A stretch of 64,000 bases of DNA from Polymyxa betae A26-41 (taxonomy: Eukaryota > Protista > Endomyxa: Phytomyxea): the NCBI GenBank assembly GCA_003693705.1, contig RBZT01000734.1, forward strand, positions 26,703 to 90,702, in the 5' to 3' direction. A model generated the notes under the pieces. The model worked only from the letters and a program-made list of their open reading frames with translations, searched no databases and had not been told where the DNA came from. Made by a program: the position numbers and the translations under genes. Positions 16,301 to 29,017 of this stretch are shown here, piece after piece. Within the stretch, counting starts at the first letter, position 1. Each line of letters starts with the position of its first letter.

Positions 16301-19300
16301 CGCGAAGGCAATTGCCGAAGTCGAGCGCCTGCTGTACTGTCATGGCCAATCCGGCATCTAGCATGAACGTGACTGCTTCAGATCCCAAGAAAGTTCCCGA
16401 ATACTGCCTTCCTATAGAACGATTAGCGCTATGCTCCGAGGGCAAACAGTAGAAAGGTTCCAATCCGATTCAAAAGATGCAATTTGAGAACTAAACCTGG
16501 ATTGATGATAATCCCAAAAAAGATAACACATTAGCGGAATCACTTTCGGCAGACCTCGAAATACTCTCGCTTTCAGATCGAGATTGCGGTGTAACCCCAG
16601 AGCTAGAGCATTTATATCAATGCGGTCGGCGGCGCTGAACCGGTACAGGTCGTTGTTATAGGCAAAATTGCGGCATAGACCGAACTCGTTTTGGAGAGCT
16701 GATTTCAGCACAAGATATTGACCGATCTGGATCGCATATTCACGGCTGTCTGTGACATTTTTGGCTAGCAAACAGTCCACAACGTTGATGGCAGTGAACG
16801 TTTCCGGGTAAGATCGAAATCGGTGTTGGTTCGTCGTGGGATGGAGATTCTTCTTCAGTATATTTATCACATAAGGGACGTCAACATCACGTGAAATCCG
16901 CCACCGGTACAATTCGTCAGGTTCATCGAGAAACTCACGTCCTGATGTCACTGCATGCACAATAACATTACGCATTATTAGAGCATTCGCGATCTTAACG
17001 CCATCGAATCGGCTCACTACGGTTTGTGATGACATCAACAGGTCAACCACTTCGCTTCCAGAGAAGCAGTTTGGGATTGTGCGAAATAATTGTTTTCGAT
17101 GTTGAACCTGCAGTTTGGACCGGAGTAAGGCTGTAATCGATGAAAACGAATCTACTTGTTCCTGCTGTAATGCAGTTTTTTCTTTATCGCTTGTCATAGA
17201 AGATTTCGACTGCGAGATGGACGTTTTTCGTTTCAGAGTACCCTCGTTCTTCGTCGAAGACGCAATAGGCTCAGCGTGGTACAAATGTCGAACAAGTTCA
17301 TACGTGGCCCTTCCGATACAGACTTGGCCTTGATCTGCCAGAGTTTGTGCAATTCGGGCACCATCAATAGCTTCTCCAACAACAGTTGTATAGATCCGGG
17401 GCGGAACGATGTCATCATCTGCGACATCCCAATATGGAATCGGGCCGTGCACTAGCCGTCCTGTGTCAATTCCAATCGAAAGCGTCAACATAACACCGAA
17501 CAGCAGCTGTGAAGTACGCGGGTCGCTGAGTTCAGCCAGCCGAATCGCAATGCGGCACATCTCAAGGGCGGAGTCACATTCTGGAGCGGAACCTGGCCCA
17601 ATATAGGCCATGAGCAGGGCGCCATGTCCAGATGCTACACAGGAAATTTGCATGTCAGGGCGCGCTGCTGTCCGCCTCAGCGTTGTGGTGATGGTTTCAT
17701 GAATTTTTGACAGTAGGGAGACTGATTGGGCCGGTGATCGATGCTGGATTAGGTTCCCAAGCGAATCGATACCAACGACCAGGCAGGTTGCAGATGATGA
17801 CGACCGACTCGGAACGGAACCCAGAGCGGTATTAACGTAAGATCGAAACGAGGCAATTGACATGCATTGGTCAATTATGCCCAACTTTTCGCTGCGCGTA
17901 TTTGAACTGATTTCCGCATTCGGTAACATGTCATCACAAACGGAGCACGATAGTACGAACAAGACACGATACCGACGACATTGAAGAAAATAGAGCCGAC
18001 GTCGACGCTCATCCAAATAGCACTGATATGCAGAAACTACAGCCAGAGAGATGTAAGCGCTGTTCAGCAGGACAATTTCGAGCGGCTGCGGACGAGCAAA
18101 TAACGAGGGTGGCAGAGCGAAACAAACATTCATTAATACCAAGTCCCAAATAACTATGACTATGGCATCAGTAAAGTAGAATCGAATTGACGTCAGAATC
18201 GCATATGGGAAAGCAACAGCGCCGAGCAATGGCATCAAATCCGGTCGAGACATCAGTTCGTTAGCTCTAATGTCAGCACGTCGTGCAAGATCACCGGGTG
18301 TCGGCCATAAAGTCAGGCATTTCAATGCGCTCAATAAAATGCATAGCAAGAAAATGCACTGGCGGGTGGAATCTGGACGGAATCGATCAAGAACCACGAT
18401 TAACAGCGAAAGCCAGGTAATAACAAAAACAGAGCGTGGAGTGCCCCAGGACTGAGCCAGCTCGACCTGGATTAGCGAGTATGCCAACAGAATAATGCCA
18501 ACAATTCCTAATCGGAGACGAAGAGAAACCCAATGATTCTTTTCAGAAATATATCGGAACGAACGTTCACGTTCTTCGCATTCGGAGTAGGCACGGCGCA
18601 CCTGACCGCTATCCATGTCGGATGATAACGCCGGTGTAAAGCGTAACGTCACAACAGACATGGTAACGGCATAGGATGACAGTTTTTGGTTGTGCTCTTG
18701 TCGAAAATTTGGAATTTTGATCGAAGAACTAAGACTGTCTTTATGTTCTGATGAATACCTGGATGACGACTTCGACATAGAAGGCATACGAAAAAGCATA
18801 AATGACACTCGCGGCAACATTTTCTGAGATTCCGTCATCGGTGTTGACGCTGTTGTCTGCTGAGCCGAAAAAGAAGAGCGCGACCGCATCACTGAAAGAC
18901 GGCGAACCGATATTCCATCCGGTGTCTGCTCAACAATTGCCGAAGTGTCCGATGGTAACTTCGGCAAAGATTTCGAAAGCGATACCGATCGCGAGCGCTG
19001 TTTGATAACCTCAGGGTCCGCATTCCCAACCTGAGCGGGTTGTAATGAGGTGAGTTTTTTCCAAACATCGCCATTTAGCAGTGCAAACGTGCCATTGAAG
19101 CGATCAGCTTTGGCGCCTGCAACAATCAGCACCTGCTCGACGAAAGGAATTAGCCGTATCCGCAATGTTGTGTACATATCAGAGAATGTAACAGATGCTG
19201 TAATTGCTTTCGACAACAGAAGTTCTGTGCGTGCCTTCTTAACGTAATGCTCGAGGGCCTGTACATTCTCAGCCAGAGTCGGCGATGACAGATAGCGAAC

Positions 19301-22300
19301 GCGACGCAGAGTCATATCTAATACCACAGCGCTGAATGCGATTAGAGCGATGATAAGCGCAAATCGAAACAGGGAAATGCCGTTGTCGACGTCGGGAGCT
19401 AAGGTTGTGTCAATTGCGGAACCGACTTGCACCCAGAAATATGATGCCAGCAGCGAAACCATTGAGAGAAAAATGACGTTCAAGGACGGTGTAGACATAG
19501 CAGCGATGATTTTTAACACAGCGGTGGCACAGACGACGAAAAACACTAAAATCCCGGAGCTGTACAAGCTCCCAACGTTGTTGTTGTCAACAGCCGAGGT
19601 TGCAACCGAGCTCGTACCTGAGCGAAACCCGAGACTTGCCCATGCATTGATCGATGCCATAGTAAGAAAGAAAACAGCCACACCGTGTACAATTCCGTTC
19701 AGCATGGCACGAAGCGTATGCCCAAGGCCGAATCCGCCGCGACGAGCCCCATTGTGAAAGTACACACGCGGGTCGTTCTCCGCAATGTCATCGCTAACAT
19801 CTTTATCGCTGATTCCGGTGACAAGGATCGGCAAGAGAGTCAGACCCAAGTCAAACATATCACTGAGAACGGCAGGAACGAAAACAACGGCTGAAAATCC
19901 ATTGAAACAACCATGTAGAAACTGTATCGTTGGGAGCAACATAGTCTTGTAGATTGAGAGCGAAGCGACCTAAGGAGAGAGTTAGTGCTCAAATTGGATC
20001 AAAGGATATTACACTCAAGAACGTTTCGTTTCATAACATTGAATTGGAGAAATGCAAGAATAACTATTCTAACACTCAAGAAGAGCATTGCGGAAATAGA
20101 GGAAACGATAAGCATCCAAAAAACAAATTTAATAATTTGCTGAACCTGACATAGACGATGATACTGCCAATGGCCATGGACGAGAATTAAGCGAGCAAGC
20201 GTCACAAATTTGGGCATTGAGTAATCGCTGCAAAGGACTGCTTCATTGGCATGCGTCAACGAAACATTTCCAATAGCCACACCAACATGAGCGGCCGCCA
20301 TCTGAACGATGTCGCTGGATCCTCGAGCCACAGCCAGAGTCACGATTTCGTCCCGTAGCCCTTCGATGAGGCTATACCAAATAACACACAATGCCCCAGC
20401 CAATAGCCTTCGCAGGATGCTCCAGTGTCGATCTCCAGCTCGGAGCTCACGCCAAGATTCTTTAACCGTATGTCGAGCCTGATCGAGCGGTAAATGCCGG
20501 CCGCGGGTACGAACGAAACGCACAGCGCGAGCTTTGTCGTCTGGTGAACACTGGGCCAGTACGACTGTGTCGGCGACAGCACAGAGGCGAAACAAAATAT
20601 CAGACATGACAGCATCGCCTGCAATTAGATTGAAAGCGACGGCGTCCAGAGTCAGGGCCATAGGGTTGTCAAGCGCCTGGTTCAAGTACCGCGCATGGTA
20701 ATCAAACAATTCCACGCGAAGACGACAGCATGCGGCTTCAAGTTCGGCGTCGACCTACACAGAGGCAACATCAGCATCGGCACCAATCTTAGATCAATAG
20801 GAATGAAGAGACAAATAGGGAATGGAGTGAACAGGAAATGTAAAGACCAATGTCATGTGGAACACCCGACCTGTTCGGGGGTTGGCTGCGCCGCTGCCCG
20901 TTCAGCCTGAGCACGCTCATAGATCTGATCGAGGGTTGGTGGGGTGAGCCTGGGGTCAACATCGGGGTCGGGCCCTATGGAATCGCCCATATGGAATTCA
21001 TTAATAAGCTTCTTGGTGACCTTGGTCGGTGCCAGAGCAGGCGATGACAATAATTGCACCTGGATCATCGCTGGGGTGATGAGTTTCGAGCGGTAAGCAG
21101 TGGCACGAGCTGCTGCTAGCGATTCCGAAGTTGACATCCAGAATTTGATACCGCTGACTTGCATACGCTCTATCATGGTTGGGACGGCGCTATCAACGAC
21201 ATCCTCGAAGGCAATCAGACCAACAAACCGCAGTTTAGTCTCAATTTGGTCGGCTAGGAACTGAAGCGTGGCCGTCTGTGGCGTCAGATCCGGGGCCAAT
21301 AACATTTCTCTGGTGATTGGATCGTGATCGGTCCAGTTTATATGGTTGGGATCAAGATTCCGAGCTCGGTAATAAAGCGGCAACCAGATGTTATGGAAAT
21401 AGGTCAGCGGGATTCGACGTTCGGCAATGATCATGGCGCGAAAGCCAGTACGCCCATACCTACAATGGATGGTTTAAATCAGCGGAATACGGTTCTAAAG
21501 AGATTTAGATCACCGGTCCAGGGCGCCGAATACGTCGAATTTCTGCCGGTGTACATCGATGCAACGGTCAATCATGTCACGAGCCCAGCCTTTGCAGTAC
21601 AAAATCATATCGGAACCAGAACGCTTGACGACCACAGACATGCGTCCTCGGCTTGACATAGGATTGATGGCGACGATGTCGACATCTTCCATTACCTTCT
21701 TATGACGTAAGGCTGGCGGCGGCTTCACTGCAACCCGGAGAATTGGACCCTCCCGCGACTTGAACTCCCAACCGAATGCTTTGGCAGCTTCGACCATGGC
21801 AACCTCAAAAGGTGATGATGAACGATACTCAAACGCCTTGTTGAAGAATTTATCGTCGCGTTTGATTGTCGTCTCCAGATGGCGCTGTTCTTTTGCCAAT
21901 TTGATCCGCGAAGTAATCGAATTGCAGCATGCCATAATGGTTGCAACGAGACGGATACGCTTTTGTCGGTCGGCATCATCCTCATTCCACAGGTCCTGAA
22001 TGACAGCAGGGCCCTCAGCATCATATTCAATTCCATCACAGTTGATTGTCGCCACTCGAATTGTGCCGGTGGACAATAGACCAAGCTTCTCAGTGAACAC
22101 GTACTCGACCTGCCCGAGGTCGGCGTTAACATTGCTGGTCATCATGGCAGGCTTATTAAGTAGATTGCTGGTCTGCTCCCAGAGCTTTTTGTCGGAGGAT
22201 ACTGAGACGCCTTGCGAAGTCATACAAAGCTCCAATGTAATCCATATCGATATCGATCCAATGGTGCTATACAGAAAGAAGAAATAGGTCCACGATATCA

Positions 22301-24363
22301 ACAAATCAGACGGGTCGCTCAAATACATGTGCCAAAATTGAGTCAGATCAACGTGTCCGGATAGCCCGAGGTCCTGTACGACGATTTCTGAAGCCACCAG
22401 ACTCGTTCCTCGCGCGAATAAGCTGTTGCCGGTGGCGCTGAAAAGAGCAAACAGCAGTCGCACACCGAGAATCAAGGCCATGGCCCAATCCAGCTGTTTC
22501 ATGAGATGTGATCGTTTCGGTTGGCGACTGGCGCTGCGCCAATTCTTGACGACTTTGCAATCATGCCCGGCGTAAACGACGACGCCGATGGCAGCGCCGG
22601 TGTATGCCAGCCGGGTCCCTCGCATGGCCAAGTTCGATAACGACAGCCTGGCAACGTGCGAGTAGCCGGTGCTGGCTGAATCGTTGCCGAGTTCCTCTTG
22701 CAAAATGCGCTGGACTTTGGGATGCTGTTCGAGCGGCATACCTTTGCAGCGCTCAATCTCCTCGCGCTGCATTTGCGCAGCTGCCTCTCGGATGTCGACG
22801 CCGAAAATGCCATCGAATGAGGTCAAAGACCGATTCGGCTTATCACACAACAATGCTCCTATGAAGGACATTTAGATTATTCATCCAGGCAACCCCTAAG
22901 CCCTGAGAAAAAATGGCCATAATTAAACAGCAAATGATGCTGAAACAACCTTTAACTCGGCGAAGACATGTTCCTGTTTTGAAGATAGAGGTGACTTCGA
23001 CGGCAGTTTTCAGTGACAGATTGGTATCACCGTCCACATTGGACGAATCGATGAAACATTCGCCGTCACATTGACCCTCCAGTGGATCGGTTGCCAGCAA
23101 GACCATATCGGCCGGAAAGCGCTCGCCATTCTTCACCTGAACGATATCGCCGACGACGATATCGCCCCAGGCCATGGATACGAAACTGCTCTTGGTGGCA
23201 ACTGCTCGGAGCTGGTTCGGGTCCAGGACCAGACTACGTTTGACATTTTCTTGGGCGTCAGCTCGGGCTCGTTTTAGATCCTCGCTATATTCTTTCAGCA
23301 TTCGGATTGCAATCCATAGTGCGAACTCGTAGCGTAGTGGCATGAAGGAGCTCTCATACGAATTTGTATAGACCTGATGACATGGTAAGAAGCTCTGGAA
23401 TTAAAAGAGTTTGAAAAGTGCGGCAAATTTTGCACATGGGAGACATCGGATAGAATAACGCAAATAGCAGAGTGGTTTGATGAGTTAAAAGGGGGAGTGA
23501 AACGTAATGCGGCTTAGTTGTGTGACAGAGAGAGAGAGAGAGAGAGAAATTCAATGCTATTCATATTACATTGACGATGATTAGTGCGAGGAAGACCAGG
23601 TTGATGGGCAGCTGAATCTGCTCCCAGAGGCATCGGGGCACGAACGTTGCCAGCGTGTACTTAGCCGTCTGCATCGTGTTCCGCGCGTACCTAAATCAGC
23701 ATCTGTTTCAGCTGCCGCTGATGTAGTTTGATTTCGGAATCCCACCCAGCCGCCCCGTTCCGTAGGCGATCATCCAGCATGACGAGACGCCTCTTTTTCG
23801 GATCGTTCGGTTGGGCCAACACTGACTCGTCGAATTTTGGCTTCCGCCGAGCGTTTAGCACCATTTTCTGTTAGCTCTATCAGTGAATGTTTGTATTTGC
23901 TGATAAAAGTCGGACCTTTTGATAGGCAGATAATCCCGTTTTATGGTCCGTCTCTAAATCAAGAAAGCTGAAGCTGGCCGAGCCGGCTGAATGCTCCTCC
24001 CTGAACAGTCAGCGAGGCGATTGCATCAGAACGAACGTTTTACTCGGGCAATATTGTTGCCGCTACTGCATGCTTGGACATATGCGTATGGCCTGCTCGA
24101 CTGTCATTCCTGCTGGCAGCTGGCGCTGTGGCACTTGCTGTCGGCCCAGGGACAGCAGGGTGCCCGCTGGATCGGCTGGGGGCATCGACCGGGCCCGTTG
24201 ACGAAGTCAGGACGGTTTTGATTCCCTTCTTTCGGGTGCCAAATTGAACAGCGGCGAGTTGCGCCAGCGAATCGGGTTTCTTCTTGGCATTCGAGACGGC
24301 GCGCCGGGGTGGCGACGCCGACACTCGCCGTGCTGTACCGGCGAGGTGAGCGTCATCGGCCAT
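13301..24363 (-). CDS. Giant multi-exon P4-ATPase-like / twin class III nucleotidyl-cyclase-like fusion with three DEP domains; catalytic motifs degenerate
   Basis: P4-ATPase hallmarks: NTMQTAKYTLATFVPRCLWEQ, VGDIVQVKNGERFPADMVLL, SNVDGDTNL, LGQVEYVFTEKLG, LYCKG, LILVHGHWQYHRL. TM cluster ~17990-18530, cyclase-like domain ~17270-17800, DEP x3 ~16230-17150, second TM cluster ~14900-15580, second cyclase-like domain ~13880-14770. Frame-preserving GT-AG introns were traced by hand across the gaps at 24040-23864, 16220-15580 and 14160-13750; the other junctions were not all checked. Confidence 0.8.
23526..23547. repeat. (GA)n microsatellite in an intron of the P4-ATPase-cyclase gene
   Basis: cagagagagagagagagagaga, about 10 GA units. 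Confidence 0.9.
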
Positions 24364-24448
24364 GATCGTCTGACGAGCGGCTCCGTCACAGCAAAATCAT
24401 TTCAGCGTCCACTTAAACAAAGAGAATGTTAAGGTCGTCAATACAGAT

Positions 24449-26438
24449 TTATATAGATAAGCTGAAGCATTGCGGAGACAGTTTGCGGCTGGCAATTTCG
24501 AGCTCTAATGAGACGTTGTAAGAGCGAGGGGATGATGCGGGTCGAGAAGCGTGCAGTTGGCCAATCACGACCTGGTCGCATTCCAGAGCAATCGGCTGAG
24601 CCAGCATGAAGATTGTCTGCTTCCAATGTGTGTATGGCTGGTCGGGAGCCGTAGTCAGTCGTACTGGTTCACTGCAAGCAGCAGCGAAATCAACATTGAA
24701 ATACGACACAATCGCATCAAGTGTCTCGTTACGCATCGCCTAAATCCGCTATTAAACACTTCGAGTCTTTAAGCGGCTCTTGACAGAGCTAGCAACATAC
24801 GCGAATGGTGAACGTCGACGAGAAATCAAGGTCGGCGTCGGTGGTGCGTCCGATGTCAATCTGCTTGATGAGGGCAGAATCTGTAAAGATAGCGTCCGAA
24901 GGAAGCGTCGCGACCCAGGCCCGGCCTGAATTGCGGCAATTTTCCAACGTCTGGTCGACTTCGCCAATGTCGCTCATATCGAATCTGACCCGGATTGTTT
25001 AGCAACTTGTTGATACGCAGACGAAAGGGCCAAAAAATGAAAGAGATTGGTACCCGTAGAGATCTTTCCAGAAACCAAGATTACGACTTGCGAAGGACCT
25101 GGTCTGAGCGCCGGCTACGAACAGAGCTGCCTGATCCGGATATACAAAAGCCGGGTCAACCAGAAATTTATCGCGAGCAACCAGGACAGATGACAGCATG
25201 GATTCGAACCTGTACGGCATGAGAACAGCATTACCGATGACGACGCTACATACAGAAGAAAGTAGCCCATCCATTCCGAGATGATCAGGTCCACTTTGCA
25301 ATCCAGCTCGATCGCTTCGACTTTGCCCTGGATGATCTCCACAATATTGCTGTAGCCATTCCGGGCGACAGCCAAGCGAGCCTTGTGCACGATCTCGGCG
25401 TTGTCAATGCCGATCACACGCCGGGCTCCGGCTCGAGCTGCGAACAGGCACAGGATCCCGGATCCGCATCCCACGTCCACTACGACCTAACCGCTCATTG
25501 ACTCAAACCTTGACATCATGACTGAAATCATACTTTGTTCTCGAATAGATGTCGATTGCGGTCGCAAAAGGACTGATATGCCCGGGTTCGGGCTGTATCT
25601 CTCAGCATTTCTTCATGGATATCAACACAACTGTATCCACTGAAATACGCCTGATCTTTCTCAGCGATTTCGCTAACCTAAACAGGATTCAGCCTTGAGA
25701 CGGAAGCAGATTTCTACGAATGAGAAAAAAATACAACTATCTCGAAAATGGGCATGGGTGCATGGGCAGAGAAGTAGAAAGAAACAAAGATAAAACATCA
25801 AGTAACATTACAATTTGTTGTTGACTAGAAGCGACATTGCCGTCTTTGTTATCGTCATCGTTCAAGCCAAGGGCATTTTTGAAGGTATCCTTCATTTTCT
25901 GAATCTATTCGATGACACTAAATTTCGGTTCGGCGGCTAGCCGGTTATCAGCCCGACCTCTGCCCTCAAAGCCTCGTTTTCCGTTTGCAGATCGGCAACG
26001 TCATCGTCGCTGTCATCGCCGTCGGACGAATCGTCGTCGAGCGAGAACAGCAACGGATCATTTTCAATAACGGGCTTCAGGTATTGTTCGTGATTCCAAG
26101 GACGAGTATCGCTCGAGATCTGCTCAATTATCGCACTTGCTCTGCAGCCTTGCGCAGCACTGGCCCGGATATAGTTCACTAATTTGACGACATCGTAGAA
26201 ATCCAGTTCTGATCATGATGGTTTAACAATCAGCTGAGAAGCGATCTGAAACACACGTACGATGTTGGCGCCGAAACTCTCGCAAATCGAATCGATGCTG
26301 TTCGGCGTCGTACCGAAGGCATTCGTTGACCGACGGCAGCGTCGTCTCCCGGTCAAATAACGATGTGCAAGGGTCGTTGGGCAGCAGCGATTCGGTGTCG
26401 CTCAGGTCGTCGTCGCTGCTTCGATTCCCGCACAACAT
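24449..26438 (-). CDS. PRMT3: Protein arginine N-methyltransferase 3-like
   Basis: N-terminal PRMT3 domain (SLFD...H.FDL...LDFYDVVKLVNYIR, YLKPVIENDPLL). Catalytic motifs YFSGY..IHEEML, VVDVGCGSGIL, IISEWMGYFLL, THWKQT. Confidence 0.92.
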
Positions 26439-26885
26439 GGTCAAATGAGGATGGGGGATCCGCGTGCATTAATCGGGCTCAACAATCGGACTGCGTGATT
26501 TCAATCGAGGGAGTTCGACCTGCCTGCATTCGCATCTCCATATGTTAGAATAAGCTAAGACAACTTACAGCGGCTGCTCACGAGGATCGTTAGGGCTAAT
26601 GGCTTTCAAAACAATTGTATTGCTAATTAATTCTGGCACATGAACGAAATTTGGAAGTTTCGCTACAGACTGCGACGGCTCTCGATGGTTCAGCGTCAGT
26701 CTAGGGCCTGAAGCCATCTCTGTTTCTAAAAACAGCATAGTTGGCACCTTGCGATCTGTGCTCGGCCCGGGTTGGGCCCAATTAAACAACCATGTTAGTA
26801 GTGAGATGAGTTCATAGGAGAGGGCGCAACCGCCTGCATCTAGTTCTCTCTGCAGTATCACTTTCATCGACACATCGTCGTTATC

Positions 26886-27477
26886 ATGTCGACCAATGGC
26901 CACGATATCGATCTAGGGTATTTCACTCAGACGCGGTCGACCAATATCATCTGGACGTTCGGATGCATATTCCTTTGCATTCAGGTGAGGCGGCAACAAT
27001 CCCCTTAAGTGGCGCTGTTACTCAATATTGCAGAACTTCGCTCTTTGGGCTTCCGTCGGATCCTTTGGAAGAGTGAGTGTTCAGTTTGCTGCTGTATGGT
27101 ACACATTGGTGCAGTTTGGTTATATTTTATATGGTATCTTCATATTAAAAAGATTTATGGTAAGTCGATTTTGAGGGGTTAAGTGGTTTTCGACGCTGAA
27201 TCGTGGTATTCAGAAACGATTTGGATTTGGTGGAATCGTTACTGGTACAATATTATCTTCTCAGTTTTCGTTTTTGGCAGCAGTTCTGTTCTACGGTCTG
27301 AATGCGATTCAAGCCGTTTCTGTATTCGGTGTCATGGCGGCGATCTTTTTATCAGTGGCTGCCATCATGCAGATCATTTTTAAGAATGATTATCTTCCCG
27401 ATAAGAATCACGAGAACGAGCAGGATCACCAAGAGGTCCCTGTCTCCGCATTTGATGTTCGAGAAGATATTAACTAA
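26886..27477 (+). CDS. Small multi-pass membrane protein of unknown function (4 exons, ~150 aa)
   Basis: Three phase-0 GT-AG introns join MSTNGHDIDLGYFTQTRSTNIIWTFGCIFLCIQ|NFALWASVGSFGR|FGYILYGIFILKRFM|KRFGFGGIVTG...AAIMQIIFKNDYLPD...EDIN*. About 4 hydrophobic segments. Confidence 0.7.
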
Positions 27478-27729
27478 CTATGCACTCGAACTAATTGAGA
27501 TAAAGACTTGTTATAGCATCGAAACACAGCAGAACTCCTACGACATGCGAAATTTTATTTCGGTAGTGTAGTTATCCCCCTTTTTCTTAGATCTACGATT
27601 ACACATATTATTGTAGATAGAAATAGTGTCAAAGGATAGTCTAGGTACACCATCTGGAATTAGGAATTCAGCAAAACGGTATCAAGCGCGGATCAGGAAG
27701 CTTACAGCGTGCGATTGATGTTCAAAAGC

Positions 27730-29017
27730 TTCATTAACAGGCGGTATAAGCGGACCTGATTTCCTAATCTCAAATACAGCTCTGAACTTATGTTTAATCT
27801 TGATCAGGCTAAACTTACACCAGCTACCTGTTAGAATGTTCGACTCTCAAAATTAAGATTGGGTCGAGGTAATTGTTGATATGCCCTGACATTACCAAAC
27901 CATCAGACCCGCTCTCTTGCCAATTTAAGTACTGAAAGCGACGTTATTATCATTCCGAAAGTGCTAAAAATTCTCAACCTGGCCAGTCAACTCGACTCGA
28001 ACATGATGCTTGCCGGATTTCGAAGTGATAGTGATGATGCTGATCGGCTGTCGTGCCTTTGAGCTAACAATCTGAGGGATCATGAGAAATGCGAGAAAAC
28101 GGTTCAAAAGTTCTCTGACGCATGTCATTCTATTTGCATCGAATGTTTTAACTGTACATTTGCCAGCATATCTCGGGTTTCTTTGCTTGCACATGATCTT
28201 CTCATCAAAACTGAACATAAGTTATTTCTGATCTAAAACTTAAGCAGACAAAGTTCTACCTCATTCTGAACTTCAGTCTTCTTCGTTTCTGCCGAATATA
28301 CAGGAATGGGACTTTCTGGTCTTTCGCTAAGCGGTCAACATAAGCTGCCTGTAATATGTTGTTCAGCAATGATATTAATTGATAACACCAATGAACAACT
28401 TGCCCTATAGAAAGGTCTTTTGCCATCTACATATTCTATTATTAATGCGGGTGCATGGAGACCTAAATCGGGTTGCTTAAGAGAAGGCAAGACATGATGG
28501 CTGATGCCGACCCTGACGATGGACCAAATCCACTAATCAGGTCTCAGTCTGCGTCATGCAAAGTGTTCCATCTCGATTGCTTACTGTGACGTATTGAAGA
28601 CCATTCGTATATTCGAGGGCCAGACGATTCCATCATTTGTGTGAAAGAGGGAACAGGTGCCTCCTCTCTCTCAGATCTTGAATGACGATCACTAGCAATT
28701 GTGTTAAAGATCGGCGACGAGCTCTACAAGCACATTTACCGGCTGCGATCGTCTTCTTCCAATTCCTGCTTAGAAATCTGAGAGTCATTCTGGTCGCTTT
28801 CTTTCTGAGGCGAATCCTCTCGGCCATCGAATACCCAAACGTCGGTTGGTTCCGAAACTCCCGCCGCCAGTGACTTACGAATTTCGGATTCCAGGTCGCT
28901 ATCGCTTTCCATGGGCTCGTTTGGGCTCTCTTTGGGCAGGCTTCGTAGAAGCGCCTCATAACCTCTGACGCTCCGATATCTTTTGCTATAGTCGCGATCA
29001 GCAGCAGCAGCATCCAT
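27730..29017 (-). CDS. Hypothetical multi-exon protein (acidic N-terminus; 3' end uncertain)
   Basis: Starts MDAAAADRDYSKRY. In-frame introns, including a GCAAGT donor, give ...LHAPALIIEYVDGKRPFYR|AAYVDRLAKDQKVPFLYIRQKRRR. Confidence 0.5.

Noticed and set aside
24040-24363. Separate 107-aa gene upstream of the P4-ATPase
   Set aside because: Two canonical introns join it in frame to the ATPase N-terminus, so it is treated as exon 1.
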